Below are positions 36,601-48,209 of a stretch of DNA of 64,000 nucleotides, piece by piece (the first letter of the stretch is position 1; each line of letters begins with the position of its first letter). The notes under the pieces were generated by a model. The model did no database searches. It worked only from the letters and a program-made list of their open reading frames with translations, and was not told the DNA's origin. Position numbers and translations under genes: made by a program. This DNA is from Neoechinorhynchus agilis (taxonomy: Eukaryota > Animalia > Acanthocephala): assembly GCA_051530055.1 (NCBI GenBank), contig CM121342.1, positions 10,865,480 through 10,929,479 of the forward strand, given 5' to 3'.

Positions 36601-36835
36601 TACTCCGGGCGAATAGTCCGCCCAAGTGTAGATTTAAAGACAAAACGCTTAAAAAATGTCATCGATGTGCCCTCTACAATTTCAACACAAGAAACAATGT
36701 CTCATTTGTTATTTGTTGATAGGAGAGATAAATGAAATTAAGATAGTGGATCGAAATATCCAATAAGATCTTATTGTTGAAAATAAAATCCATATGTTTG
36801 AGATATGGGAATTTGAAGTAAAGAATTAATTTATT

Positions 36836-36879
36836 GAATTGAATATTTCGATCCAAACTAGGATCTTCTTCAGCAATTC
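36836..36879 (-). ncRNA. Minimal hammerhead ribozyme (sense pseudo-LTR)
   Basis: Exact reverse complement of 37313-37356. Confidence 0.85.
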
Positions 36880-37312
36880 TAAAAAAGAGAGGCAGGGAAT
36901 GTCAAAAACTATCACACGTTGATCTTATCGGGTGGAATCCGAAGCTTCAATCTGTAATCCGGCTTGTTTCCATCAAAAATGGATGACGACTGGATATACA
37001 CAGCTTCCATGACCACACGACTGAATCGATCGTGACTTCGTAATAACACTTGCGTGTTATCAAAATCGATATGATGTCCAGTATTCACAACGTGTGAGAC
37101 CACTGCAGAACTCAAGTCATTCTTTCTGTTTATCGATCGCCTGTGCTCCTGAATTCTCCTATTTAGATCGTTCGTTTGTCCGATGTAGACCTGACTACAT
37201 TCACTACATGGGATCTTATATACTGATCCAGATTGAGGCTCGCCTTTTTGTTGGGACAAAGCGGTGTGATCAACGTGTGATAGTTTTTGACATTCCCTGC
37301 CTCTCTTTTTTA

Positions 37313-37356
37313 GAATTGCTGAAGAAGATCCTAGTTTGGATCGAAATATTCAATTC
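37313..37356 (+). ncRNA. Minimal hammerhead ribozyme (inverted pseudo-LTR)
   Basis: GAATTG-CTGAAGA-A-GATCC tagttt GGATC-GAAA-TATT-CAATTC; stem III palindrome AUAU; AUU triplet. Confidence 0.85.
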
Positions 37357-37539
37357 AATAAATTAATTATTTACTTCAAATTCCCACATCTCAAACAATA
37401 AGATCTTAATTTCATTTATCTCTCCTATCAACAAATAACAATGAATTATCTTTTCAACACTCTCATTTGTGCTCTTCGTTCTCGCTCTCTGCAAAAGAAC
37501 CCGATTGCAGTTTTTTATATGTGGCGGTGGGGAAATTTT

Positions 37540-39700
37540 TTTTTGAAAAACATAATATATTTTTAACAATTTAAACAATCTGTTTGAAGCACACTCACCA
37601 CCTCCCGCCAAATTCCAGCTTTTGTCCTTCCTCGACCGTCGCCATCACGCTGGCAGCATTGCCTCGTTGTACTGCTAGCGAGATATTTCGTAGAAAGGAA
37701 TACGCCTGCTCTTGAGTCTCCGGTTGCCTCTATCAATTTCTTCGAGAAATCCTGGAGCAGAGAGAGTGCCGAGCTGCCGAGCGCTCCATACGTCTCTACC
37801 CCAAAGGGGACAAAATAGTGAGCCCTCGATAACTGAATATATTTCCGTATTTTCCTCCCTTCCGCTGCACTGGCGGCCTTTTCGAAGACCACCTCATTTG
37901 GTCCGAAATAGGAGTGCAGCAAGGAGATCCCATCGGTCCAATCGCATTCTCCCTAACAGTAAATCCAATAGCGCATTCTCTCCATTCCAGCTTCAACGCT
38001 TGGTACTTGGATGACGCTACGCTCAGAGGTGATCCCTCCGTTGTACTGCGCGTTATGGATACGCTGATGGAGACCTCGAAGATGGGCATTCAGCTCAATG
38101 CTGGAAAATGTGAGCTCCTTGTATTGAATATTGGAGGCTGGGTTCGAGGCCGTAGCTCCAGGTCTGAAACTCGTGACTCGGGAGCAACTCAGCCTCCTGG
38201 GCAGTTGCGTCTTCGATTCAAATGTGGAAGATGAGATCGGCCATATCATACCGAAACTTTCGTTTGCGATAGGGTGAGCGCCTCTCTCTCGGCTCATGAA
38301 GCCTTGTTTCTCATAAAGAACGCGCTCTTCATCCCCAAATTATTGTACAAGGTTCGCACAGCAACATTTTTCAAACATAAGGAAGGATTGGCTAAGCTTG
38401 ACGGCAAGGTGAGGGCTTGTCTCGAGCATATTTTAAATGTTTAGCTCTCAGATGATACGTGGCGGCAAGCTTCTTTGCCTGTGTCATCCGGGGGATTGGG
38501 GATTCGGGCACTAGTGGACCTTGCTTTGCCGGCCTTTCTTGGATCGTTTGAGGGGAGCCTACCAGTATCAAAGAAAATTTTGAAGGAAAAGTTCTGTCTT
38601 GACCGGGATTTCGTGGTGGCGGTTGAGGAATGGTGCCAGCAGACAGGCGCTAACCATGTTCCCGTGAATGGCCTTAGACAGTCGATCTGGGACGGACCTC
38701 TTGTCGCGAGAGCTCACAGCTCTCTACTTTCAGGTTCTCGCGATGGGGTCGTCCGAGCTAGACTGTTGGCAGTTTCAAAACGAGAATCTGGGGCGTGGTT
38801 GGAGGCTGTTCCTCTGGCATCAGTGGGAACCCTTCTTACTGATGAGGTAACGAGGATCGAAGTGTTCTTAAGACTTGGTCTCCCGATATGCACGCCCCAT
38901 CGCTGTGAATGTTGGTTTTTGGTTGATGCTTTCGGGCGACACGGTCTCATCTGCAGAAGGTCATGAGGAAGGTTCTCACGCCATTCTGAGATCAACAGCG
39001 TAATTTCTCGGGCGTTGAGAACGGCGAACTTCCCGAACATCCTGGAACCCGCCCACCTTTGTCGACTAGACGGCCGTAGGCCCGATGGAATTTCGGTCTT
39101 CCCGTGGCGGGAGGGCAAATGCCTTCTCTGGGACGCCACGTGTGTGGACACCCTCGCAGCCAGCAACATCCGCTACTCCCTCGAAATCGCCGCTGGTGCA
39201 GAGGACTAAGCGCGGGAAAGCGAAGATCCGTGTCCATGATGGCACACAGTTCGTTTGAAGGCAATCGTTGAGCAATCCCGTAAATGCTTTGGCGACCAGA
39301 TATCGTGCGCCTTTAGGGATCGGTTTCAGGACGTTCCTGGGCAGAAACCGCACGATATCAGGTATCGAAATAGCATCAGTGGCGATCTGAGGGGTCTCAA
39401 GCACGAAAGGTTCGGTTAATTGTGGTGGAGAACCAGACCCACTACAGCGGAGATCCCGGGGACAATGGACAGACAAAACATCCAGATTGGTTAATTTAAA
39501 AGACCTACCGCAAACCGGACACAAACCAGTAGAAACGCGTGGGAGCCCGGCAGCATTGGTCTTCTCAGGTTGATCATGATCGATGAGTGGCGCGTTCAAA
39601 TTATATGCGTCAGCAGCGTCGATTGTAGGCGATTTGAACACATTGTGACGTAATTTGGAATTTCGGCAAAACCTATCCGATGCTGAGATCGTCCTGAGCC
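37540..39700. mobile_element. CRE-like RLE non-LTR element A with an internal deletion and inversion
   Basis: Minus 39641-39205: zinc finger CPVC..H..C and WTRIFAFPRL. Plus about 37900-39205: [43 protein letters not shown]. Minus about 37870-37563: AAEGRKIRKY..FVPFGVETYG. Confidence 0.9.
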
Positions 39701-40490
39701 TTCTTGAAGGTATAAGGCTGGGAGGTTAATCTGATCCGTCGCTATATCCATCGTCTGATTTTCTCATATTTGTTCCGTCAATTTCCATTGTTTCGCAGGA
39801 TTTCTGAGTTTTAGTCTGTAATCCGTGTTTCGCAAGTTTGTCACTATCTGCTCCTTTTGAAAAATTAACAAGCAAGAAAACAGAAAGCGACTGTATTCTG
39901 TACAGTCTTTTGTGATGCTTCAGTTTTATCGTTATTGATGGCGAAAAGATGTGATGTTGTTTCGCACGTTTGTCACTTCAGCGTCTCCCCACCACCACAT
40001 ACTCATTAAATTTATCTTTAACGTTTTTATACTCGTGATTGCAAGAGGTTAAAATAAACGTAGTTGCCCTTGCAGTGTTTCTTAGCTTAGTTTAAGAAAT
40101 CAGTGAATTTTCAAAGCGTTGCGCGAGCAAACTTATTAATCATCGCGAAAAAATCCTAAGGGATGATAGAGTTATTTATGTAGTAATCATAATTGTGTTT
40201 TCATCTGAAAACAATGACCGATGGGGCGGAGCGTTCTCGCGAAATATTTCATCAGGAATCCACAGGTTTATGACTATTGGAGGTTCGGTTGATTGGTCTT
40301 AATCATAAGAATGATGGCGAAACCCGATATGGTAATCATTTTAATTTTGTTAATAAACCTGATTATTGCACAGAATTAGACCTGTGTGAAAATGCAATCC
40401 TGCTCCTTTCAGTACAATTCTTTTTTCGTAGAATACTCAATTATTTTACACTTGCATCGCGCTCAAAGGCCCGCAGCGTGCCAAAATCAC

Positions 40491-41520
40491 CTACTTGACA
40501 TCTTCATGTTTTCGTGCAATTGACGTCGCCTTTTCGATCCAATCAAAACAATAATCATTCTCATAATGCATAGCAACGAACGTATTCCTAAATTCTTGTC
40601 GGTACCGTTCATAATCGGGTTTCTCATCGAATCTCAAATCCTTCACGGCATTTAAAAATCTTACAAATGGAACTGGCTGACTCTTCAACACTCTACTGGC
40701 TTCTGAAGACATTTTCACCTGACCAATTTTTTTATGGCGTTCTTTTCTTGTGGCGGCCGCCACCCCCTGCCACGGCAACGAGCCCTTTAAAAAGTAAATC
40801 AAAATGTATCCGAGTGCTTCGAGGTCATCCCTACGGCTCAATGTACATCCACGATGGTTATTAATACTCGCATACCTAACCGTTCCCATGACTGACCATC
40901 CTAAGCTGAACTTTATGTGTTGCTTCGTCTTTGCATCAATGTAACAAAGAAGCGGTGTTGAGTTTAAGTCTCTGAGGACAACACCACTCCTCGGAGTATT
41001 TCTTCGCTAAACCGAAATCGACCAAGTAGACAATGTTGCCTAAAGTATTGGCGCCCATGACGAAGTTATCCGGTTTAATGTCACGATGTATATACCCACA
41101 ACTGTGGACGTACTCAATACGATCGATCATCTGATCGGCTAACATAAGAACGGTCTTTAGTGAGAATTTCCGACCGCAATAATTGAACAATTCTTCGAGA
41201 TTCGGACCAAGCAGATCGGTTACTAGAACCGTATAGTCGCCTTCGGCTCCATACCACAACAACGATGGAATACCCTGACCGCCTTGTAAGCAACCGTAAA
41301 CTTTGTATTCGTGGGCCAAGTACGGTATTTGCAAATTCACTGATTCTAACTTCATAGCTACGTCTTCGTTAGTTTGGGTGTCCTTACCTAAACCATGGCA
41401 ATGAAAAAGAGAGAGGAAAAAGCCGATCATTACATCGGACGCACCTTTAAACACGCTCCCGAATGAGCCAGATCCGATTTTTCGACCTAACTTAAACCTC
41501 TTAGCTATTACGAGTTCCAT
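40491..41520 (-). CDS. CK1: Casein kinase 1 paralog interrupted by a 55-nt insertion (possible pseudogene)
   Basis: [104 protein letters not shown]. Confidence 0.88.
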
Positions 41521-41869
41521 ATCTACAGCTACGTTAAACGGAAACAATGATATATTTACGAAATTGAACAAAAAACATCCATTTGAAAATTGTTCATGTC
41601 CTTTTTTATGGTTGAAAAATTTAAAATAATTTATTATGTCCGATATTTCGGTCCGCCATTTAATAACCAACAATGTTGATAAATCCTCATATGGCGATTC
41701 ACACCCAACAAGAGGATTACTTTTCACCCGAATGTTATCATGAAGGATAAATGTTGATAAATGCACAAGATTGAAGTTATGAAATATCGAGCCAGTAAAC
41801 TATTTTTTTAACCATAAAAAATATCCAGATTTATTATCGAACGGAAAATGGGTGTTTTATTTATTTCTT

Positions 41870-41908
41870 GCTTCAAATTTTCGACGCCTTGCGTCTTCGT
41901 CAGAAAGC
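41870..41908 (-). ncRNA. Minimal hammerhead ribozyme (left arm)
   Basis: GCTTT-CTGACGA-A-GACGC aag GCGTC-GAAA-ATTT-GAAGC; one G-U pair in stem I. Confidence 0.78.
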
Positions 41909-42045
41909 TTTTCTTCGGTTATCTGAAAAGGAATCAGAGGAGGGCAACGCTGTCCGTCAGTTCATTCCTCTTGGGATGCTCAATAAGAGGGATGAGCTGA
42001 CGGACAGCGTTGCCCTCCTTTGATTCCTTTTCAGATAACTGAAAA

Positions 42046-42084
42046 GCTTCCTGACGAAGACGCAAGGCGTCGAAAATTTGAAGC
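42046..42084 (+). ncRNA. Minimal hammerhead ribozyme (right arm)
   Basis: GCTTC-CTGACGA-A-GACGC aag GCGTC-GAAA-ATTT-GAAGC; stem III AAUU; UUU triplet. Confidence 0.82.
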
Positions 42085-42458
42085 AAGAAATAAATAAAAC
42101 ACCCATTTTCCGTTCGATAATAAATCTGGAATAAAACATGAGGGTGTTGGGAAAAAAGGCTTTCCGTAATTTTATAAAAAATATCCGTTTGAAAATCATT
42201 CACGCACTTTTTTATGGTTGAAAAATTAAAATAATTTATAGTTCGATATTTCGGTCCGTCATTTAATAACAAACAATGTTGATAAATTCACAAGATTGAA
42301 GTTATGAAATATCGAAACTAGTAAAGTATTTTAATTTTTCTTAACTTTAGAAAAATATCCATTTGAAGATCGTTCATGCCCTTTTTATAAGGCGTTAGCA
42401 CGTTTTTTGCGTTCTCAATCTGGGTTTAATACTTATAAAACACATAAAATCAATCAGT

Positions 42459-42466
42459 TGACGTCA
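42459..42466. promoter_or_regulatory. TGACGTCA (CREB/ATF-type) palindrome about 75 bp upstream of RPL9
   Basis: Exact 8-mer, followed by a pyrimidine-rich tract before the ATG. Confidence 0.4.
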
Positions 42467-42541
42467 TAGTGTTAATTATGGAGTTCTTCCGCGTCAACGC
42501 TGTGTTTGCCTCCGTTTTGCATTTCTCTTATTCCTTTAAAA

Positions 42542-43549
42542 ATGCGTCCGATAAACTTTCGAGAGAGTGTTCCCATTCCCAGCGAAGGTACCTAGGCGTT
42601 CGTTTGCGCTAATCCGTAACCCTCGTTTATCCGCAAAAAGTCGCCGTTGTAGTCCGTAATCGTGAAGTGACTGCAAAAGGTCCAAAAGGTGCTCTTACTC
42701 GTAGCTTCAAACACAGTAACGTGGATATCCGGAGATCAGGCAAACGCGTTTTCGTTGAGAAATGGTTTGGAAACAAAAAAGAATTGGCCACCGTCCGCAG
42801 CATACTTGGGCACATCAATAATATGATTAAAGGCGTCCATACGGTAAGTTTTCGCTTACAACTTTTTACTAATGAAACATATCGTTTATTTTACTATTTC
42901 GTCTTTCATTCTTGTAAACATGTATCGCGATTGCGATTCGTTGAGCGAGAAAATTTCTCGAGCGCGGTTCCCCCGTCATCCTTTTCGTCCTTCGTCCCAA
43001 ATCGCCGAGGAGAGTGAGCGCTGATGGTCCCAAGGCTCCATACCTGATGACGGGGGAACCGCGCTCGAGAAATTTCCTCGCTCAACGAATCGCAATTGCG
43101 ATGCAGCGAGGAAACGCTGCCAGTATACTGGCAACGTCAAGAAGTTAACAGGAATGAAAAGCGAAATAGTAAAATAAACGATATGTTTCATTTGAAAAAA
43201 CTTTTAACCTAAGCTTTCTAATATAAATTAATAGGGATTCCGCCTCAAAATGAAAGGAGTTTATGTCCACTTCCCAATCAACTTTAACATTCTTGACGAC
43301 GGAAGCGTATTGGAAATTCGAAATTTCCTCGGCGAAAAGGTCGTCAGGAGAGTTAAGATGACCGAGGGAGTAAAAGTATCGCTTTCGCCGGACGTGAAGA
43401 TGGAAATCATTCTTGAAGGAACGTGTATTCAATCAATCACTCAAAGTGCTTCACGGATCCATCAGTCCGTCCTTATTAGGAAAAAAGACACCCGTAATTT
43501 CCTCGATGGAATTTACGTCAGTGAAAAAGCCGTCTGCATCGAAGACTAA
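42542..43549 (+). CDS. RPL9: 60S ribosomal protein L9 (uL6), three exons
   Basis: MRPINFRESVPIPSE|VAVVVRNREVTAKGPKGALTRSFKH...VEKWFGNKKELATVRSI.GHINNMIKGVHT|GFRLKMKGVYVHFPIN...EIRNFLGEK...DTRNFLDGIYVSEK. Confidence 0.97.
42871..43192. mobile_element. Two head-to-head CRE-like 3' end fragments forming a fold-back in RPL9 intron 2
   Basis: Plus strand MTGEPRSRNFLAQRIAIAMQRGNAASILAT; minus strand LGDLGRRTKRMTGEPRSR; arms 42871-42980 and 43046-43192. Confidence 0.85.
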
Positions 43550-44329
43550 TTTGTTCCGAACAAAATGGTTTTTCGTCGTAAAAAAGATTCTTGCGAGCTT
43601 TAAAGGTGAGCATTCAAATTAAAGTGTAATTACGCCACTGATTGGGCGCTCGAAAGCGTAATGTTAATGTGCTCTACACGTCCGAAAAAGCTTTGATTTT
43701 TTGGTATTTTCGGAGCACTAAATCGTAAAAGTATGATGTTTATTAGCCGCATGTCCTCGCACATTCGGTTGCACTTCACATCAAACAAAAATTAAGTGTA
43801 AGAACGATGACGTCATTTAAAAAGCGGATGACGTCGTTTGTTTAGAAATTAACGGCGTATTGCACATGTGGTAGTTATTCAACGTAGTGTCATCGAACAA
43901 CAACAAAATAATTAAGCTGTCATCATGTAATTCTGTAATTGTACGCGTCAATTCTTTATCGAAATTAAATTTATAACTAAACCGGTGACGTCGTTTAAAA
44001 AGCGGAAGAATCCACGACTAAAATTATCAGATGACGTCATTGGTTTAAAATCTACGGACTTTGTACGTGCGGTAGGTAGTTCTTCAACGTCAGGCAAAAC
44101 CACGAACTTAAAATCAATAACATTCCAGTTGACGGTTTTTGGGTATGTGAACTATTAAGCTAACTATTTTTATATGTTTAAGGATCTTCTATTTTAAAGC
44201 AATTAATGAAGTAAGGAGTCCTGGGTTTTTACAAAACATCATAACACACTCGACATGAATTGGCTGCAATGAAGTTTTCAATCAGGAATTCACGGTCAGA
44301 AATTTCGCGACTAAGAATGAAGATGGTAT

Positions 44330-45480
44330 CTCTGTGGGAGTAACTTATAAGGCTTTTAAAGGAATTGGAGCGATACTGGTCAACGGAGTGTGCCACAACG
44401 ATTATCAGACCTTGAATTCTGTCGCTAAAACTTGCCAAAAGTGTTGTCTCTCGGACTTCTGTTTTCCCCTTCAACGAACATCGACGAGATCAACATCAAA
44501 TGTGACACGGAGTACATCGTTAAACGCTTCCCAGAGCTCGCAGCCGAACTTTCAGGATGCGACGCTATTATTAGGAGACATGCAAAAAACGTTAGTTTCT
44601 TCAAGCGCGCTAACACAATGGAAGATAATCAACGATCTTAAACGTGATGACTTTAGCCACATCAAAGAAAATCAGACAAAAGGTAAAGCAGTGGTGATTA
44701 TGGATCGAGGCCAATACATTTCAAACAGTTTAAGTCTACTTGTACCGGAATAAATCACAAAACTCAAAAAGGATTCTACGAAACAAAAAAGGGGAACTGC
44801 AACTCTTTTCTCTCGAAACTGAAGCACGATGGGAAACTTGAGGAGACTCTTTACCTCAAAGTTCTTTCAAGATGTGCATCCCCGAGATTTCTATACACTT
44901 TGCCGCAAATCCACAAACCTATGCTGACTCTGAGATCGTTCGTCGCTAGTTACACTTCATTTTGTCACAACATAGCACAGAAGATCAACCAATGGATCCG
45001 AAAATGTCGTGAAAAGAATCTTTCCTACATTAAAGACGGACCTTCATTCGCTACTGAAATCAGGAGGTTTAATCGATCTGAACATAGATTCCTGACCGCT
45101 GATGTCAATTCTTTATTCACCAACGTCTCTCTGCTCGAAGGAGTAGCGATGGGTCCCCCTTAGGGTCCGCACTAGCCGATCTCTACATGTCTAATTGAGA
45201 GCATTAAGTCTATAGTAGAATTCCCGATCTGATAAAATGGTGGCGATACGTTGAAGACGTATTCTGCGTGTTCAAATCAGACGCTTACACATTTATTCAG
45301 CAATAAAGACAAATCCATTTAATGGTCCATCTAAAACGAAGACCAAAATAAAGTGACCGGTCGTGGCGAAAGCACTTCCGTATACCGGAAACCTGGAATC
45401 TATTGGCAAAGCACATTTTGGAAAGCTAACTCGCCTCAAGCATTCAAAATAAACGCAGCACGGTCTTTATTCTGAAGAGC
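44330..45480 (+). mobile_element. Decayed Penelope-like RT region
   Basis: KVLSLGLLFSP, KGKAVVIMDRGQY, LPQIHKP.L.LR, DVNSLFTNV, GVAMG.PLGP.LADLYM, WWRYVEDVF. Confidence 0.85.
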
Positions 45481-45489
45481 AGTACAAAA

Positions 45490-48120
45490 TGAAATTCCAT
45501 TTGTAAGGAATATTGTGCGAGTTCTGCCCAGGAACGCTCTGAAAAGAATCCCAAGGGGCGCACGATATCAGACCACATTGACAGACTGCATCGAGAATAA
45601 CTCAGAGTTGTCGTGGATGCGTCTCTTTGCGTTCCCGAGACTAGTGTTTTCCGCTAGTAATGTTTCTGAAGGATCTCTGACCACAAAAAATTAAAGAGCG
45701 AATTAGTTCATTTGAACAAAATTTTACTCAATGTCTTTAGACAGAATGCGAGCTACGGAAGGCGCGTGTCCAGGAGCGTGACCACCGCCGAAACTCAAAT
45801 CAGTCGCTTTCTGGACGCGTTTCTTCGAAGCTCGCAGACGGAGATGTCAGAGGAGCAGTTAGTCTTTTATCTTCAATGGACAGTCTCGCCAAAGGTAACG
45901 AAGAAACTTTACGAACTCTTCGTTCCCAACATCCCAGTGACGGCGGTCGGCAATATTTCGTGAAATTCTCCTCCTTCGATACGATCCCCCATGTTTTATC
46001 ATCGAAATCAGAATTGAAGATGGTAATCTCCTCTTCGGCTAATGAATCAGCTGAGGACCTCCGGCCCCAGTACCTAAAGGATATGACTTTCTTTTCAGTA
46101 GGTGATGCTGCTCAGTCCCTTGAAGATGCACTGGCACGCTTAGTCGACCAATTCGGCAGGGGAAGAGTTGATTCCGAAAGCAATTGACCTATTTATTGGC
46201 GCATCTTTGTGTGCCCTCGCAAAAATGGCAGCAAATGTAACAACTCTGCACCGCTTAACAGCAAAAATTTTAAATAAAAGGATCGCGGTTAAAGTAGGGG
46301 TGCAGCTTCGCCTTACTCTGTTAGGCTGCTGTACACTTTGTGGCGCAGAGGCGATTGTTCATTCACTCCGCACTTTCTTCACCGGAAACTCAAAACCGTG
46401 TGTAATCTTGAAATGTGATTTCAAAAATGCATTCAACACAATTCACCGAGCAGATTTGATCAAAGTAGATAGAGATCACGCACCAGAAGCATTTCGCTAT
46501 TTCGTTAATGCCTATGGGACTGTTACTCTCTTGTTGTTCAATAACTACGTTTTGTTGTTAGAAAGAGGAGTTCAACAATGGGATCCTTTGGGCCCAATAG
46601 CCTTCTCACTCGCAGTGGATCCCGTCGCATATTTTCTTCAGTCCAACTTTAACGGCTGGTATCTGGATGATGCCACGCTTGGAGGTTGTACTGCGCGATT
46701 TGGAGACACTCGTGAAGGAGATGGCGAAAATTGGCATTGAGTTGAATGCTGCAAAATGCGAAATTTTAGTGATGAACGTGGAAGATCAAGCGTCCAGGCA
46801 AACTATCGTGAAAATTTTTCAGAACCTGGCCACTCTCGACCGGCTGAGTCTTCTAGGAAGCTGCATTTTTGATTCTAATGTTGAAGCAGATATTGATAAT
46901 CTTCAACTCTAACTTTCGGTGCTATGCGAACGAGTTAATAAATTATCTTCACACGAGGCTCTGCTCCTGATCAAAGACACCCTCTTCATTCAAAAAATGA
47001 TGTATAACCTGCGCACAGCACCTTTTTTTAGACCTAGGAAGAAGCTGGCAAAAGTGGACGAGACGGTGAAAGCTTCTCTTGAGAAAATTTTAAATACTCA
47101 GTTGTCGGACGAGGCTTGGCGACAAACTTCGTTGCCTGTGTTGTCCAGCGGTTTGGTATCTGAATAGCAGTCGATATTTCTCTGCCAGCTTATTTGGGAT
47201 CGCATGAAGTAAGCCGCAAAATAGTTCCATCCGTTTTTGGCGAGAATTACACTTTGGATGAAGATTTCGTGGAGGCTCTTAATCTTTGGTGTGGAGATTC
47301 AGGCAGTGAGCAGGTCCCCGTCAATGGTTGCAAACAATCAGCTTGGGACTCACCCTTGGTAGCGAGAATTCAAAACTCCTTAATTTCCGATTCTCGTGAC
47401 TTGGTGAATCGAACTCGATTGGCGGCAGTCTCTACAAGAGAATTGGGTGCTTGGCTCAACGCTATCTCAATCGCTTCTGTGGGTTCCCTTCTCTCCGACG
47501 AGACAGTAAGGATTGCAATGTCTCTGAGATTTGGGGTACCGATGTGCACATTCCATCGCCGCCGTTGAGGAGCGACCGTGGAACCATCGGGACGCCATGA
47601 TCTCGTCTGTCGGCAATCAGGCGGACAGTACTCACGACACGCCGAAGTGAACGCAATTCTTAGTCGTGCCCTAAATACTGTGAATGAGCCCAACATCCTA
47701 GAGCCGAGCAATCTTTGCCGATTCGATGGCCGCCGTAGACCGGACGGTATCACCGTAATCCCGTGGCGAGAAGGAAAATGCCTTCTCTAGGACGCCATTC
47801 GCAGCCAGCAACATAAAGTTCGCCACCATTAAACCAGGGGGAGCAGCAACCACCGCTGAGGAACGCAAAAGGACCAAATGCATTGACCTGAATCGAAATC
47901 ATTATTTCGTTCCCTTTGGCGTCGAGGCACGTGGCCCAGGACCTGGTCAATCAATTGTCGAAAAGATTGAGACGGATCACTGGCGATCAGAGATAAAGAG
48001 CATTCCTCCTACAAAACATAAGTGTGGCTGTGCAACGAGAAGGAACGCTACATTCGTCCTTTCGACCGTAAGACCAGGACGGCAGCTGAGTGACCCAGAG
48101 CGGTGGTGTGAATGATTTAT
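45490..48120 (+). mobile_element. CRE-like RLE non-LTR element B, decayed
   Basis: [78 protein letters not shown]. Confidence 0.9.
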
Positions 48121-48209
48121 GCTCCGCGAATCACTTATTTACAATAAGCACACGTTTCCGAAATAAGGAACAGATTACTAAGCGCTGCTTAGTTGTTCAG
48201 CCGCATGTT

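Larger units (their letters stand above)
36702..37444 (-). mobile_element. 5'-truncated Penelope-like element: GIY-YIG ORF (36912-37259) between inverted pseudo-LTRs
   Basis: GSVYKIPCSECSQVYIGQT..LNRRIQEH...H.IDFDNTQVL...RVVMEAVYI; inverted arms about 36702-36914 and 37268-37444. Confidence 0.92.
41824..42130. repeat. Fold-back of two Penelope-type pseudo-LTRs (arms about 137 bp) flanked by diverged direct repeats (about 41575-41820 and 42180-42380)
   Basis: Near-perfect reverse complementarity of 41824-41960 and 41997-42130. Confidence 0.92.
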
